Counted from the first letter of the stretch, positions 37,623 through 47,177 are shown. The stretch is DNA of 64,000 bases from Candidatus Hydrogenedentota bacterium (GCA_036789645.1 DAIQLC010000025.1:1424-65423), one strand, 5' to 3'. A program made the numbers and translations. Notes: generated from the letters alone by a model not told the origin.

Positions 37623-38342
37623 ATGACGACTGCGATCAATCCCGAAGCCACTCTCGGCCAACTGGTCACGGAAAACCCCGCCCTGTCCCGGGTGTTTGAA
37701 ACACTCGGGCTCGACTACTGCTGCGGCGGCGGGAAAACCCTGGCGGAAGCGTGCCACGCCCATGGGCTCGACCCCGATGCGGTTCGCGATGAAATCGCCC
37801 GCGTCGAAGCGTCTTCCAGCGAATCCCAGCCCAACCCCGCCGATATGAGTCTGACCGAACTGGCCGATCACATCGAGCAGACCCACCATGCCTACCTCCG
37901 GGAAGTGCTGCCGGCACTGCAGACCATGTCCGCCAAAGTCGCCAGCGCCCACGCCGAGAAGGACCCGCGCCTGGTCGAGGTCGACCGGGTGGTGCGGGAA
38001 CTGGCGCACGAGCTCGAGAGCCACACCATGAAAGAAGAGCGGATTCTGTTTCCGGCGATACGCCGCCTCGACGCGGGCCAGCCGCTCCAGGGATTCACCT
38101 GCGGCGCCCTGGCGAACCCCATCAGCGTCATGGAAATGGAACACGACGAGGCCGGCCAGGCCCTCGAACGCCTGCGTACCCTGACCGACGGCTACGCAAT
38201 TCCGGACTGGGCCTGCAACACCTGCCGGGGTTTGTTGACCGAACTCGAACGCCTCGAGAAAGACCTGCACCTGCACATTCACAAGGAAAACAACATCCTC
38301 TTTCCGAGGACGCTTGAACGGGAATCCGCCGGGACCAATTGA
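37623..38342 (+). CDS. ytfE: Iron-sulfur cluster repair di-iron protein (RIC/YtfE/ScdA family)
   Basis: N-terminal ScdA_N motif LGLDYCCGGGKTLAEAC and two hemerythrin-like His/Glu-rich domains (HHAYLRE...H..KEE..LFP; ...MEHDEAG...H.H.KENNILFP). ATG 37623 follows GAAGGAG. Confidence 0.85.
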   Translation: MTTAINPEATLGQLVTENPALSRVFETLGLDYCCGGGKTLAEACHAHGLDPDAVRDEIARVEASSSESQPNPADMSLTELADHIEQTHHAYLREVLPALQTMSAKVASAHAEKDPRLVEVDRVVRELAHELESHTMKEERILFPAIRRLDAGQPLQGFTCGALANPISVMEMEHDEAGQALERLRTLTDGYAIPDWACNTCRGLLTELERLEKDLHLHIHKENNILFPRTLERESAGTN

Positions 38343-38414
38343 CTCTGGCGCATCAGGTTCCGCGGGACCGGGCCAGTACCTGGACGGACCGGGCGGAAGC
38401 AAGGAGATGGAATT

Positions 38415-38702
38415 ATGTGGAGTAGGGGCCACGCCGCGGAAGACTGGCCGGCAACATTGTATGGCACGGAGGATTTTGCGGAGCTCCTGCCATACCTCGA
38501 GACGCTCTACGGCGTCGCGTTGCGTTTCACGGGAGACAAACGCGACGCCGTGGCGCTCGCCGAGAAGGCGCTGGTAATGGCGGTCGTCCGGATGCACACC
38601 AGCGTAACGCCGCCGCCGCCCAAGATGGCCCTGCTGGGCGCCCTGCGCGAAGCCTATCTGCAATCGCTCGAGACGGCGAGCAGCAGCCCGGCCGGAGCGT
38701 AA
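38415..38702 (+). CDS. Small 95-aa ORF resembling only region 2 of an ECF sigma factor (a truncated sigma-like protein or a gene remnant)
   Basis: AAGGAG lies 8 nt upstream of the ATG. FAELLPYLETLYGVALRFTGDKRDAVALAEKALVMAV resembles ECF sigma region 2.1/2.2 (..YRFALRLTGdraDAEDLvQEtFL.a), but there is no region 4 and the ORF ends after a PPPP stretch. Confidence 0.35.
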   Translation: MWSRGHAAEDWPATLYGTEDFAELLPYLETLYGVALRFTGDKRDAVALAEKALVMAVVRMHTSVTPPPPKMALLGALREAYLQSLETASSSPAGA

Positions 38703-38709
38703 GCGCGTC

Positions 38710-40050
38710 TCAGCGGTTCTGGAGCTTTTTCGCGGTGGCGATGGAACCGATGTGGAGATCGGTGCCGAGACGGTACTCGTGGATCAGGCTGCGTTTGCCC
38801 GTCACGCGTTCGCGCCGCGTCTCCCAGCGGCGCAAACGGCCCCGGAGCATCTCGACGATCTCCGGCTCCTGCTCCGCCAGGTTGCGGCTCTCTTCCGGAT
38901 CCTCCACGAGATTGTACAGTTCCACCGGCGGTTTCCCGTGGAAATCCGGTTCGAGCGCTTCCCAGTACTTCCAGAGCGGCGTTCGCCACCCGTGTTTGCG
39001 CATCCATGTGCACTCGCTGATGTAAAACTCCGACCGGTGCGACCCGGCTGTATCCGTGAAGAACGGCCGGTTCGATTTGCCGTCGAACCGCACCCCGCGC
39101 GCCACCCGTTTCAGCCCGCAGACATCGAGCACGGTTGGAACCAGGTCTTCATGGAGCGTGAAGGCCCTGGCCCGCACGCCGCCAGGCACCCGGCCGGGCC
39201 AATGGAAAATCAGCGGGACCATCAGCGTCGGCTCATACAGCCCGTGGTGATCAAAGTAGATCCCGTGGTCGTATAATGTCTCTCCGTGATCGCCCGTGAT
39301 CACGATCAGCGTGTCCTCAAGCACGCCAAGCTCCTCCAGGCGCGTGACAATCCGTTGAATGCACGCGTCCATGTAGGCGAGCTCCCCGTCATACTGCGCG
39401 ATCACGTAGTCTTTGTCCGTAATTCCCGGCGGCATCCAGGACCGGAGGAAGTCCGCGAACGGTTTGAACGCGAACACGGGTTTCATGCTCGTGTTGCCTT
39501 TTGCACACGGGTTCTTTGAATAGAACATCGTGTCGTAGGGCGCGGGGGGGAGGTAGGGCGCGTGGGGATCCATGTGCCGCAGAAACAGCAGGAAAGGCTT
39601 CGGCGAGCGCGCCAGACGCTCCAGCTCCGGCAGTGTCACCGCATTCAGGTTTTCGGCTTTCCGGGCCGGCCGGTCTTCCCACGATACCCAGCCCTCGAAG
39701 TTCAGATACGTGTCGAAACCGCGGTAGAACTCGCCGCCAAACCCCACGCACGTCGTGGCGTATCCGGCCGAGCGCAAGAGCGCCGGAAGCAGCGGCAGCT
39801 CCCCCGGAATCGGGCCTTTCGGCCTGAGCGACGGCTGCTGCGTCCGGATAACGTCGCACCCCGTCAGGAGCGAGGAATACGCCGGCGTCGTGGGGATGTA
39901 CGCGCTGAACGCGTTTTCAAAAAGCGTGCCGCCCGCCGCCAGGCGGTCCAGGAACGGCGTGGTCAGCCGCCCGTACCCATAACAGCTCATGTGGTCGCGG
40001 CGGATGCTGTCGATGGCGAACATGACGATGTTCGGATGCTTCGCTGGCAC
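38710..40050 (-). CDS. Sulfatase-fold (alkaline-phosphatase superfamily) hydrolase/transferase, paralog 1, with non-canonical T-T-P-A-Y in place of C-x-P-x-R
   Basis: Sulfatase N-terminal domain (PNIVMFAIDSIRRDHMSCYGY..LTTPFLDRLAAGGTLFENAFSAYIPTTPAYSSLLTG...GDHGE). GTG start at 40050, 7 nt after AGGAGG, gives 447 aa, the same length as paralog 2. The ORF-track 5' extension is Arg/Gly junk. Confidence 0.75.
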   Translation of the reverse strand: MPAKHPNIVMFAIDSIRRDHMSCYGYGRLTTPFLDRLAAGGTLFENAFSAYIPTTPAYSSLLTGCDVIRTQQPSLRPKGPIPGELPLLPALLRSAGYATTCVGFGGEFYRGFDTYLNFEGWVSWEDRPARKAENLNAVTLPELERLARSPKPFLLFLRHMDPHAPYLPPAPYDTMFYSKNPCAKGNTSMKPVFAFKPFADFLRSWMPPGITDKDYVIAQYDGELAYMDACIQRIVTRLEELGVLEDTLIVITGDHGETLYDHGIYFDHHGLYEPTLMVPLIFHWPGRVPGGVRARAFTLHEDLVPTVLDVCGLKRVARGVRFDGKSNRPFFTDTAGSHRSEFYISECTWMRKHGWRTPLWKYWEALEPDFHGKPPVELYNLVEDPEESRNLAEQEPEIVEMLRGRLRRWETRRERVTGKRSLIHEYRLGTDLHIGSIATAKKLQNR

Positions 40051-40079
40051 GCGCTTTCCTCCTGTTCCGGCTCCGCGGT

Positions 40080-40460
40080 TCACCTCAGGCCCGACATGGC
40101 ATTCAGCATAGCGATGGTCCCGACGAGCATGGCCGCCGCGAGCGCTCCGCTCACCAGGACCGACCAGACAATCAGGCCGCGTTTCCCAAAGACCCGGGCC
40201 GACGTGAACAGGCCCACCGTGTCCGCCAGCGCGAGCAGCGGCACCACCAGGTACCAGTACCGGACAATCAGGGAAGACCACCGGATCATCCCCTGGACCA
40301 GCGGCGGCAGCGTGCGCCCGGTATGCCCGGCCTGAACGGCGAATTCCGGAATCATGCGCACCATAAACACGACAAACGCGGTCAGGAATACCGCATGCAG
40401 AGCCGCCGTCGCGACCATCCGTCCCGGTGAAACCGGTTCGCTGACGGGCTGACTGGACAT
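40080..40460 (-). CDS. Small hypothetical integral membrane protein (126 aa, 3-4 TM helices) immediately upstream of sulfatase-like paralog 1
   Basis: ATG 40460 follows GAGGAGG. The hydrophobic stretches AALHAVFLTAFVVFMV, YWYLVVPLLALADTVGLF and IVWSVLVSGALAAAMLVGTIAML are present. It is the only believable part of the 587-codon ORF 40080..41843. Confidence 0.45.
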   Translation of the reverse strand: MSSQPVSEPVSPGRMVATAALHAVFLTAFVVFMVRMIPEFAVQAGHTGRTLPPLVQGMIRWSSLIVRYWYLVVPLLALADTVGLFTSARVFGKRGLIVWSVLVSGALAAAMLVGTIAMLNAMSGLR

Positions 40461-40688
40461 CCAAACCTCCTCGTTTCCCGGCGCGCCATGCGCCCGGCCG
40501 CCTATACTACCGAAAAGGCGCCGCCTGCGCCACGACAAACCGCGAACAAGCGACGCGGCTGCTCCGGTGCGAACGTGGGGCGGTATCCCCCGCTTGACGC
40601 GGGACCATGGCTCATGTGACGATAGCCGGCGGTACGAAACCTGGGCCGGATACGGGCGGATGCCCATGTGAAAAAGAGGATGCACACC

Positions 40689-41864
40689 ATGAAAATCAAC
40701 CGGCGTGGATTCCTGGCCAGCACGGCCGCCATTCCGTTCGTCACCCAATGCGCCGCCCAGCCCCAGAATATCAAATACCGGGCCTGCATCATCGGCGACA
40801 CCCACGATGGCGGCTATGGCCACTCCCTGCATCTGGCCTTCGCCAACCGGCCCGACGTTCAGGTCGTCGCCCTGGCCGACCCGGACGAGGCCGGACGCGC
40901 CCAACACGCCGCCGAAGCTAAGGCCGAACGCTCCTACGCCGACTACCGCGAGATGCTCGAAAAAGAACAGCCCGACCTGGTATCGGTCGCCCCGCGCACC
41001 ACCGTCCGCCACCGGGAATACGTGCTCGCCTGCGCCGAACAGGGCTGCCACGGCTTCCTCGAAAAACCCATCGCCACGGACCTGGCCGAAGCCGATGAGA
41101 TGGTCGCCGCCATCGAGGCGAAGAACCTCAAATGGGCCATGGCCCACAATTACCGCATGTCGCCGATCGTACACCACATGAAGAAGATGCTCTTCGAGGA
41201 GCGCCTCATCGGCCACATCATCGAGCTCCGCAGCCACGGCAAAGAAGATAACCGGGCCGGCGCGGAGGACATGATCGTTCTCGGAACTCACACGTTCGAC
41301 ATGATGCAATACCTGATGGGACCGCCCGAATGGTGCATGGCCGACATCACGGTCAACGGCAAACCCGCCCAGCCGTCCGACGTGAAAGAAGCCACCGAGC
41401 CGCTGGGGCCCATCGTCGGCAACCGCATCAACGCGGTCTTCGGATTCAGCAAGGGCATCGCCGGTTTCTTCGGGTCCATCGTCCAGCCCGACGGCGACGG
41501 CAAACGCTGGGGCCTGGACATCTACGGGTCCAAGGGCGTCATCCAGGCGCGTTTCAACGACGTGCCGCCCAGCGTCACCTATCTTCCCGACCCGTCCTGG
41601 GCCCCGGGAAGCAGCGGCATTGCCTGGGCCCCCCTGCCGGGCGCGCCAGACGCGACCCTCACAAACCCCGATGTCGGGCGCAACGCCCCCATCATCGACG
41701 ACCTCATCGCCGCCATCATGGAAGACCGCCTGCCCCAGGCAAGCCTGCAGGACGGACGCACCGCCTACGAATTCATCCAGGGCGCCTTCGCGGCCTACAT
41801 CCACGGGGGCCGCATCCCCCTCCCGCTGGCCAAACGTGCGCACCCGCTCAAGGACTGGGCCTAA
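40689..41864 (+). CDS. Gfo/Idh/MocA-family oxidoreductase with Tat signal
   Basis: MKINRRGFLASTAAIPFVTQCAAQ twin-arginine signal, then a Rossmann-like N-domain and a GFO_IDH_MocA C-domain (EKPIATDLAEADEM). ATG 40689 lies 9 nt after AAAGAGGA. Confidence 0.8.
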   Translation: MKINRRGFLASTAAIPFVTQCAAQPQNIKYRACIIGDTHDGGYGHSLHLAFANRPDVQVVALADPDEAGRAQHAAEAKAERSYADYREMLEKEQPDLVSVAPRTTVRHREYVLACAEQGCHGFLEKPIATDLAEADEMVAAIEAKNLKWAMAHNYRMSPIVHHMKKMLFEERLIGHIIELRSHGKEDNRAGAEDMIVLGTHTFDMMQYLMGPPEWCMADITVNGKPAQPSDVKEATEPLGPIVGNRINAVFGFSKGIAGFFGSIVQPDGDGKRWGLDIYGSKGVIQARFNDVPPSVTYLPDPSWAPGSSGIAWAPLPGAPDATLTNPDVGRNAPIIDDLIAAIMEDRLPQASLQDGRTAYEFIQGAFAAYIHGGRIPLPLAKRAHPLKDWA

Positions 41865-41883
41865 ACTGTTGATTTTTTGTCAC

Positions 41884-41913
41884 TTGTAACGACGGCCCAT
41901 TTCATCGTACAAT
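41884..41913 (+). promoter_or_regulatory. Candidate sigma70 promoter: TTGTAA (41884-41889), 18-nt spacer, TACAAT (41908-41913), upstream of the small membrane ORF / REC-GGDEF gene
   Basis: Sequence match only. Confidence 0.3.
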
Positions 41914-42010
41914 TCAGGTGCACAGGAGCAGACCAGGCGGGTACAGGAGAGACCCGAATGCCGCCGCCCGGCGAGGCGGTCCTTGAAGCCTGAATGAGGA
42001 GGTTGTGCAG

Positions 42011-42253
42011 ATGGTGAGCCGCAAATGGTTACGAATCGCCTTGATGTGCCTCGTGCTCTGCTACATGCTAGCCTATTTTGGCGAGATTGCCTTTGCCGCT
42101 ATGGACAACGCGGATCTGGCCGAGAAAAAGGGCATTGAAGGCCTGTTCAAAAAGAAGAGCACCGCCGACGACCCTCGCGCGCCCAACAAAACCCAGAAAT
42201 TCGTCGGGGTCGCTTCATTCTTCGTGATGATCGTTGTCGTGAAATACCTGTAG
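42011..42253 (+). CDS. Hypothetical small membrane protein (80 aa, two TM segments)
   Basis: GAGGAGG lies 8 nt upstream of ATG 42011. Hydrophobic N-terminal (LRIALMCLVLCYMLAYFGEIAFAA) and C-terminal (FVGVASFFVMIVVV) segments are present. No family was recognised. Confidence 0.4.
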   Translation: MVSRKWLRIALMCLVLCYMLAYFGEIAFAAMDNADLAEKKGIEGLFKKKSTADDPRAPNKTQKFVGVASFFVMIVVVKYL

Positions 42254-42271
42254 CCCATTCCCGCGCGTACC

Positions 42272-43753
42272 GTGCGGCCTGGGACCGCGACGCGCGATGG
42301 GCAACAGGGCCGGATTCCCGCGTGCGAGCCCTGTACCGGAATTCCCGCAGGGACGGCTGGGGTGGTGGAGGACGGGAAGAAATCGTTGGCTACAATACCG
42401 GAAGATACCACGGAACAGGCGGCGAACCGCGTCCTGATTCTCGATGACGAACCCGGGATTCTGGAAGTGCTGTCACAGCACCTCGTCGGCGCCGGGTACG
42501 AATGCACCAGCACCACCTCGCCCGCCCGGGCCCTCGACCTGCTCAGGAACGAGCGGTTCGCCCTCCTGCTGACCGACCTGCGCATGCCCGAGATGGATGG
42601 CCTCGAAGTCGTGCGCCGCGCCAGAGACATTGATCCCGAGCTGTCCATCGTGGTGGTTTCGGCCCTCACCGAGGTGACCCAGGCCATCCAGTGCATGCGT
42701 CTGGGCGCCGAGGATTACGTTCTCAAACCGTTCAATCTGCAGGACATCTCCCGCTCCGTCAGCCGGGCGGTCGAAAAACAGCGTGCCGTAACCGAGACCC
42801 ACGAATACCAGGAACGCCTCCGCCAGCGCGTCGAGTCGGCCGCGCAGGAACTGGAGCGCGTCAATCAGGAGCTCCGCGAAACCAAACAGTATCTCGAGAA
42901 CCTCCTCGAAAGCACGGTCGACGGCATCATCACCATTGGAAAAGACGAGACCATCGAATTCGCGAACGGCGGCGCGCTCGCCATGGTCGGTTACCGGAGA
43001 GAGACGCTCATCGGCCTGCCCATCGCCCGGCTTCTGGCAGGCGGCGAAGACGAGTTTCTCAATATCCAGCGTCTTCTCAACCAGTACGACTACCTCAAGA
43101 ATTACGAAACGGAGATCCTCGCCCACAGCGGCGGGCATGTCCCGGTCAACATCTCATTCTCCCGGGTCGACAACGCGCGCGGAGAGTTCGCCTCCACCCT
43201 GGCCATCTGCAAGGACATCACCGAGCAGAAACGCCTCGAGCAGGAACTCATGGAGATGTCCGTCAAGGACGCGCTGACGGGCCTGTACAACCAGCGATCG
43301 TTCTTCGAACGCCTCGAGAACGAAGTCGAACGCGCCAAACGCCAGAAACGCCCGCTCTCGCTGCTCCTGTTCGATATCGACAAGTTCAAGCAATACAACG
43401 ACACCCGGGGCCATCTCGAAGGCGACAAGGTGCTCCGCGGGGCCGGAAACGCCGTGCTTGAATGCACCCGCGAGCACGTGGATATCGGGTTCCGGTACGG
43501 CGGCGACGAATTCACCGTGATCCTCCCCGAAGCGGAGGAACCGCAGGCCATCGTCATTGCCGAACGTATCCGCGAGACCTTCCGGAAATACCGCTTTGAC
43601 GAATTGAGCCTCAGCATCGGCTGCGTCTCGTACCGGGAGGGGTTCACCGTCCGTTCCTTCATTGAAAAGGCCGATGCCCTGATGTATGAGGCCAAACGCG
43701 CGGGCGGCAACCAGGTGTGCCGGCCGGCCGCACAAGTGGAAGCGCCAAAGTAA
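42272..43753 (+). CDS. Response regulator with REC, PAS and GGDEF (diguanylate cyclase) domains
   Basis: REC domain (RVLILDDEPGILEVL...LLLTDLRMPEMDG...DYVLKPF), PAS region, then a GGDEF domain (DALTGLYNQRSF...RYGGDEFTVIL). The true start is probably internal at a GTG/TTG, since there is no ATG before the REC domain. Confidence 0.85.
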   Translation: MRPGTATRDGQQGRIPACEPCTGIPAGTAGVVEDGKKSLATIPEDTTEQAANRVLILDDEPGILEVLSQHLVGAGYECTSTTSPARALDLLRNERFALLLTDLRMPEMDGLEVVRRARDIDPELSIVVVSALTEVTQAIQCMRLGAEDYVLKPFNLQDISRSVSRAVEKQRAVTETHEYQERLRQRVESAAQELERVNQELRETKQYLENLLESTVDGIITIGKDETIEFANGGALAMVGYRRETLIGLPIARLLAGGEDEFLNIQRLLNQYDYLKNYETEILAHSGGHVPVNISFSRVDNARGEFASTLAICKDITEQKRLEQELMEMSVKDALTGLYNQRSFFERLENEVERAKRQKRPLSLLLFDIDKFKQYNDTRGHLEGDKVLRGAGNAVLECTREHVDIGFRYGGDEFTVILPEAEEPQAIVIAERIRETFRKYRFDELSLSIGCVSYREGFTVRSFIEKADALMYEAKRAGGNQVCRPAAQVEAPK

Positions 43754-43780
43754 TCATCTGAAAGGGGGATTGCCACCGCC

Positions 43781-44593
43781 ATGAAATTCGCGATCTGCAA
43801 CGAAATTTTCAAGGAATGGAACGACATCGCCCGTACGTTCAGCTACGTCAAAGAGACCGGCTACGACGGCATCGAGCTCGCCCCGTTCACGTTCAGCCAG
43901 TACGTCACCGACATCAGCCCCGAGACGCGCAAGGAAATCGTGAAACGGGCTCGGGAAGTCGATCTCGACGTCATCGGCATCCACTGGGTATTCGTCGGGC
44001 CCGAAGGGCTGCATATCAACCATCCCGACAAGGAACACCGCGACCGCGCGGCCCAGTACCTCGTCGATCTGGCCCGATTCTGCGGCGACGTGGGCGGCCA
44101 CGTGATGATCTTCGGATCGCCCAAACAGCGCAACGTCCATGAGAGCCTGACCTACGCCCAGGCCTTCGAATACACCGCCGCCGTCTTCGAACAGGCGCTG
44201 CCCGCGTGTGAAAAACACGGTGTGACCATCTGCATGGAGCCCCTGACCCACCTCGAAACCAACTTCTGCACCAGCGCCGCCGATACGGTCAGGCTCATCG
44301 AGCGCGTCAACCACCCCAAGTTCCGGCTGCTGCTCGACACCAAAGCCATGACCTTCGAAGAGGAAGACCGCCCGGCGCTCATCCGCAAATACGCCAAGTA
44401 CCTCGCCCACTACCACGCCAACGACGAAAACATGAACGGCCCCGGTTTCGGCGACGTGGATTTCGGGCCCATATTCCAGGCCCTGCGCGATATCGACTAC
44501 AAGGGATACATGTCGGTCGAGGTCTTCAAATTCGAGCTTGGCCCGGAGACCATCGCCACCAAGAGCCTCGAATACCTCAAGAAATTCGCCTGA
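43781..44593 (+). CDS. Sugar-phosphate isomerase/epimerase (xylose-isomerase-like TIM barrel; ketose 3-epimerase-like)
   Basis: MKFAICNEIF N-terminus, then GYDGIEL...HW...ICMEPL...E...HYHAND...G.G..DF, typical of AP-endonuclease-2/xylose-isomerase-like TIM barrels. Confidence 0.85.
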   Translation: MKFAICNEIFKEWNDIARTFSYVKETGYDGIELAPFTFSQYVTDISPETRKEIVKRAREVDLDVIGIHWVFVGPEGLHINHPDKEHRDRAAQYLVDLARFCGDVGGHVMIFGSPKQRNVHESLTYAQAFEYTAAVFEQALPACEKHGVTICMEPLTHLETNFCTSAADTVRLIERVNHPKFRLLLDTKAMTFEEEDRPALIRKYAKYLAHYHANDENMNGPGFGDVDFGPIFQALRDIDYKGYMSVEVFKFELGPETIATKSLEYLKKFA

Positions 44594-44621
44594 TCCCGGG
44601 TTGGCGCCCGGCGATTCCGGG

Positions 44622-45617
44622 CTACACAATCTCCGGTTTCAACACTACGATGCCGGTGCCGCTGAAGGCCCGCTCGATAGACGCGTACATGGCGTCATCG
44701 TCGTACACGCCGACGATGGCCCCGCCGGACCCCGTGAACTTGCAGTGCGCCCCCACGGAGCGTGCCCGTTCCACCATGTCGATGTTTGCGGGGCTGAGCG
44801 TGTAGATGGACCGGCGCAGATCGAAATTCGCGTCCAGCAACGGCCCGATCTCGTGCCCGCGGCCCGCGACAATCATGTCCCGCGCTTCCTGGGCCAACCC
44901 CGCAAAGCGTTTCATGGCCTCCACGACCTCCGGGTCCCCCTGCAGCCAGCGCTGGCGAATGGCGTTGTGAAAGATCTCCGACCCCTCCGCCAGGTCGGTG
45001 CGGTAAGCGATGAACAGATTCGGCAGCCGCGCCGGGTCTATCCGCTCGTACCGGCCGTGTCCCTGGCGCTCCATCAGGGCTCGGTCGAAGTCCATGAACA
45101 CGCACTGCTGATAGACCTGTATCACGCGGTCCTGCAACCCCGCCGAAATGCCCAGCTCGTCCGTTTCGACGCTCAGGATCAGGTTGGGCTGGATCTCCTC
45201 GGGAATCGCCACCTCGTAATACTCCATCAGACAGCGCAACGTCGCCGTGACCAGCGCGCTGGACCCCGCCATGCCCACATGCCGCGGGATATTCGAGCGG
45301 TAGCGTACCGCAAAGTTCTTCTCGGGCAGTTGGATCGCGTGCTCGGCACAGTATTGGGCAAACCGGCTGATCGTCGCTTTCATGAGACGGATCCCGCCGT
45401 AATAGCCGTACACGCGCACGTCGTCCGCAAGCTCCTGGATCGAATTGTAGGTCGACCGGTCCCGCAGGTTCGGAATGATCTCGACCTGCGGATTCTCGTA
45501 CAGGCTCACCTTTGCCGCGAAGTTGCGGAACGTGAAACTGATGGTCTTTCCGAAATACCCGTCTGACGGGTTTCCAATCAAGCCCGCCCGGGCATACGCA
45601 ACCGCTTCACACGCCAT
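44622..45617 (-). CDS. GHMP-family kinase
   Basis: GHMP motif 2, HVGMAGSSALVTA, and the N-terminal GLIGNPSDGY motif 1 are present. ATG 45617 follows GAGGAGG; the upstream ORF-track codons were rejected. Confidence 0.7.
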   Translation of the reverse strand: MACEAVAYARAGLIGNPSDGYFGKTISFTFRNFAAKVSLYENPQVEIIPNLRDRSTYNSIQELADDVRVYGYYGGIRLMKATISRFAQYCAEHAIQLPEKNFAVRYRSNIPRHVGMAGSSALVTATLRCLMEYYEVAIPEEIQPNLILSVETDELGISAGLQDRVIQVYQQCVFMDFDRALMERQGHGRYERIDPARLPNLFIAYRTDLAEGSEIFHNAIRQRWLQGDPEVVEAMKRFAGLAQEARDMIVAGRGHEIGPLLDANFDLRRSIYTLSPANIDMVERARSVGAHCKFTGSGGAIVGVYDDDAMYASIERAFSGTGIVVLKPEIV

Positions 45618-45863
45618 ACCGGCCTCCTCATCTGGAATTCCCAGGAGCATACGCAAGCATGCCCGGCGGTTCAACGCAGGCCCCCTCTTGAGCCCATGGC
45701 CGGGAGCGAATTGCGCACACATCCAGCGGGGCGCACGGGGAGCCTTCCTTCAAGAAGGCGATGCGGCTCTGCGGTCCGCGCAAAGAGTGCTACAATACGT
45801 TCAGGCGGAGACCCGGGCCCGCCGTTGCGCGTCCGGGCGGCGGGGCCGAGGAGAGTGCGTGCG

Positions 45864-46358
45864 ATGCCCACGAAATACCAGCGGCAGGATTTCCGGGATC
45901 ATGTGGCCGAAGAGCACCCGTACCTGCGCGTCTCGCGGGCGCCCGCCCCGCCTGTGGCCCAGAAGCTGCGCTCACCGGGATTCATGCTCCTGGTCTCTGT
46001 CAGCGCCATCATCGTGGTGCTGCTGCTCGGGAACGCCATAACCAAGATGACCGAATACCGCGGTCAACCCGAAATTGAAGGCAAAGGCGTCATCGTCTCC
46101 AAGCGGCTCGAGAAAGCCGGCACCCCCTCGGAAAGCTACGTGCTCTACGTCGACATCCTCCGCGCGGAAGGGCCGGCGATTCGCCGCGAGATCCTGGCCG
46201 ACAAAGCCAGCTTCGAACAGTTCTCCGAAGGCCAGGAAGTGCCGCTGGTCTATCAGATGAGCCGGTCCGGTGAAGACGCGCGCATCCTGACCCTGTTCAT
46301 GCCCGTCCCTCCGGACGAGGCCGAACCCGAGGGCATGCTGAAGAAAGACGACGACTGA
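45864..46358 (+). CDS. Hypothetical protein with one TM anchor
   Basis: ORF with hydrophobic segment FMLLVSVSAIIVVLLLG. There is an extended -10 element, TGCTACAAT, at about 45787-45795. No recognised domain. Confidence 0.35.
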   Translation: MPTKYQRQDFRDHVAEEHPYLRVSRAPAPPVAQKLRSPGFMLLVSVSAIIVVLLLGNAITKMTEYRGQPEIEGKGVIVSKRLEKAGTPSESYVLYVDILRAEGPAIRREILADKASFEQFSEGQEVPLVYQMSRSGEDARILTLFMPVPPDEAEPEGMLKKDDD

Positions 46359-46376
46359 GCCGCCGGGCTGGCGCGG

Positions 46377-47177
46377 TCAGCGGGCCCCGCACGCCTTCAG
46401 GCATGCGTTGAGGTAGCCGTACGACTCCGCCGCAATCATTGCGCACCGCGTGAGGGCATACTCGCCGGCGCCAATCACTTCCAGGTTCACGGGGCCGTCG
46501 TAGCCCGCGTTTACCAGCACCCGGCAGTAGCCCAGAAGGTCAATATCGCCCCGCCCGCAGGCCTGCAGCTCCGGCGGACCGGGGGAGGGGCCCAGTCCCG
46601 CACAATCGCGAATGTGCACATGCCTGACTCGCGACACGACCTCGTTCAACGCTTCCCGGGGCGTCTCGCCTCCCCGGTGAATGTGGCTCGGATCCATGTC
46701 AATGCCAAATGCCGGGGAATCAATCTGCCGCATGGCCTCCAGGGTCGTGGGGGTGTTCCAGATCGCCGCGCCGACATGGGCCTTCACGCACAGGCAGACT
46801 CCAAACGCCTCCGCCCTCTGCGCCATGTTCGCCAGCATGCCGATGCACCGGCCAAGGCTGTCTGGTTGGTCCTTCGAGCCTCCCGGACCGACATTGATCA
46901 CCGGGATCCCGAGTTCCGCCCCCGCCTCAAAGGCCTTCATAAGGCGGTCTTCATCGAGTGCGGCTTCCTCCATCGCCGTGAGGGAAAGCTGCAAATCCCC
47001 GGTGAGCGCCTTGATCTCGCCCGCCTGGGCCTTCCAGTGGTCCAGGTTCAGATGTTCGCACATCCCCTGGATCGCCGAGATCTCCGCCGCATCGAACCCC
47101 GCCCACTTGATATGCTGCAGGGCCGTCCGCAGGTCAAAGCCCTGAAACAACACCGTATTTACGCCCAGTTTGATCAT
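46377..47177 (-). CDS. Sugar-phosphate isomerase/epimerase (xylose-isomerase-like TIM barrel)
   Basis: MIKLGVNTVLF...GFDAAEIS...H.H..D...G.G..D family pattern at ~266 aa. Confidence 0.8.
   Translation of the reverse strand: MIKLGVNTVLFQGFDLRTALQHIKWAGFDAAEISAIQGMCEHLNLDHWKAQAGEIKALTGDLQLSLTAMEEAALDEDRLMKAFEAGAELGIPVINVGPGGSKDQPDSLGRCIGMLANMAQRAEAFGVCLCVKAHVGAAIWNTPTTLEAMRQIDSPAFGIDMDPSHIHRGGETPREALNEVVSRVRHVHIRDCAGLGPSPGPPELQACGRGDIDLLGYCRVLVNAGYDGPVNLEVIGAGEYALTRCAMIAAESYGYLNACLKACGAR

Noticed and set aside
40461-41843. Upstream 460 codons of the 587-aa minus-strand ORF 40080..41843
   Set aside because: This part is antisense to the Tat-Gfo oxidoreductase. Only the 3'-terminal 126 codons, with their own GAGGAGG-ATG, look genuine.
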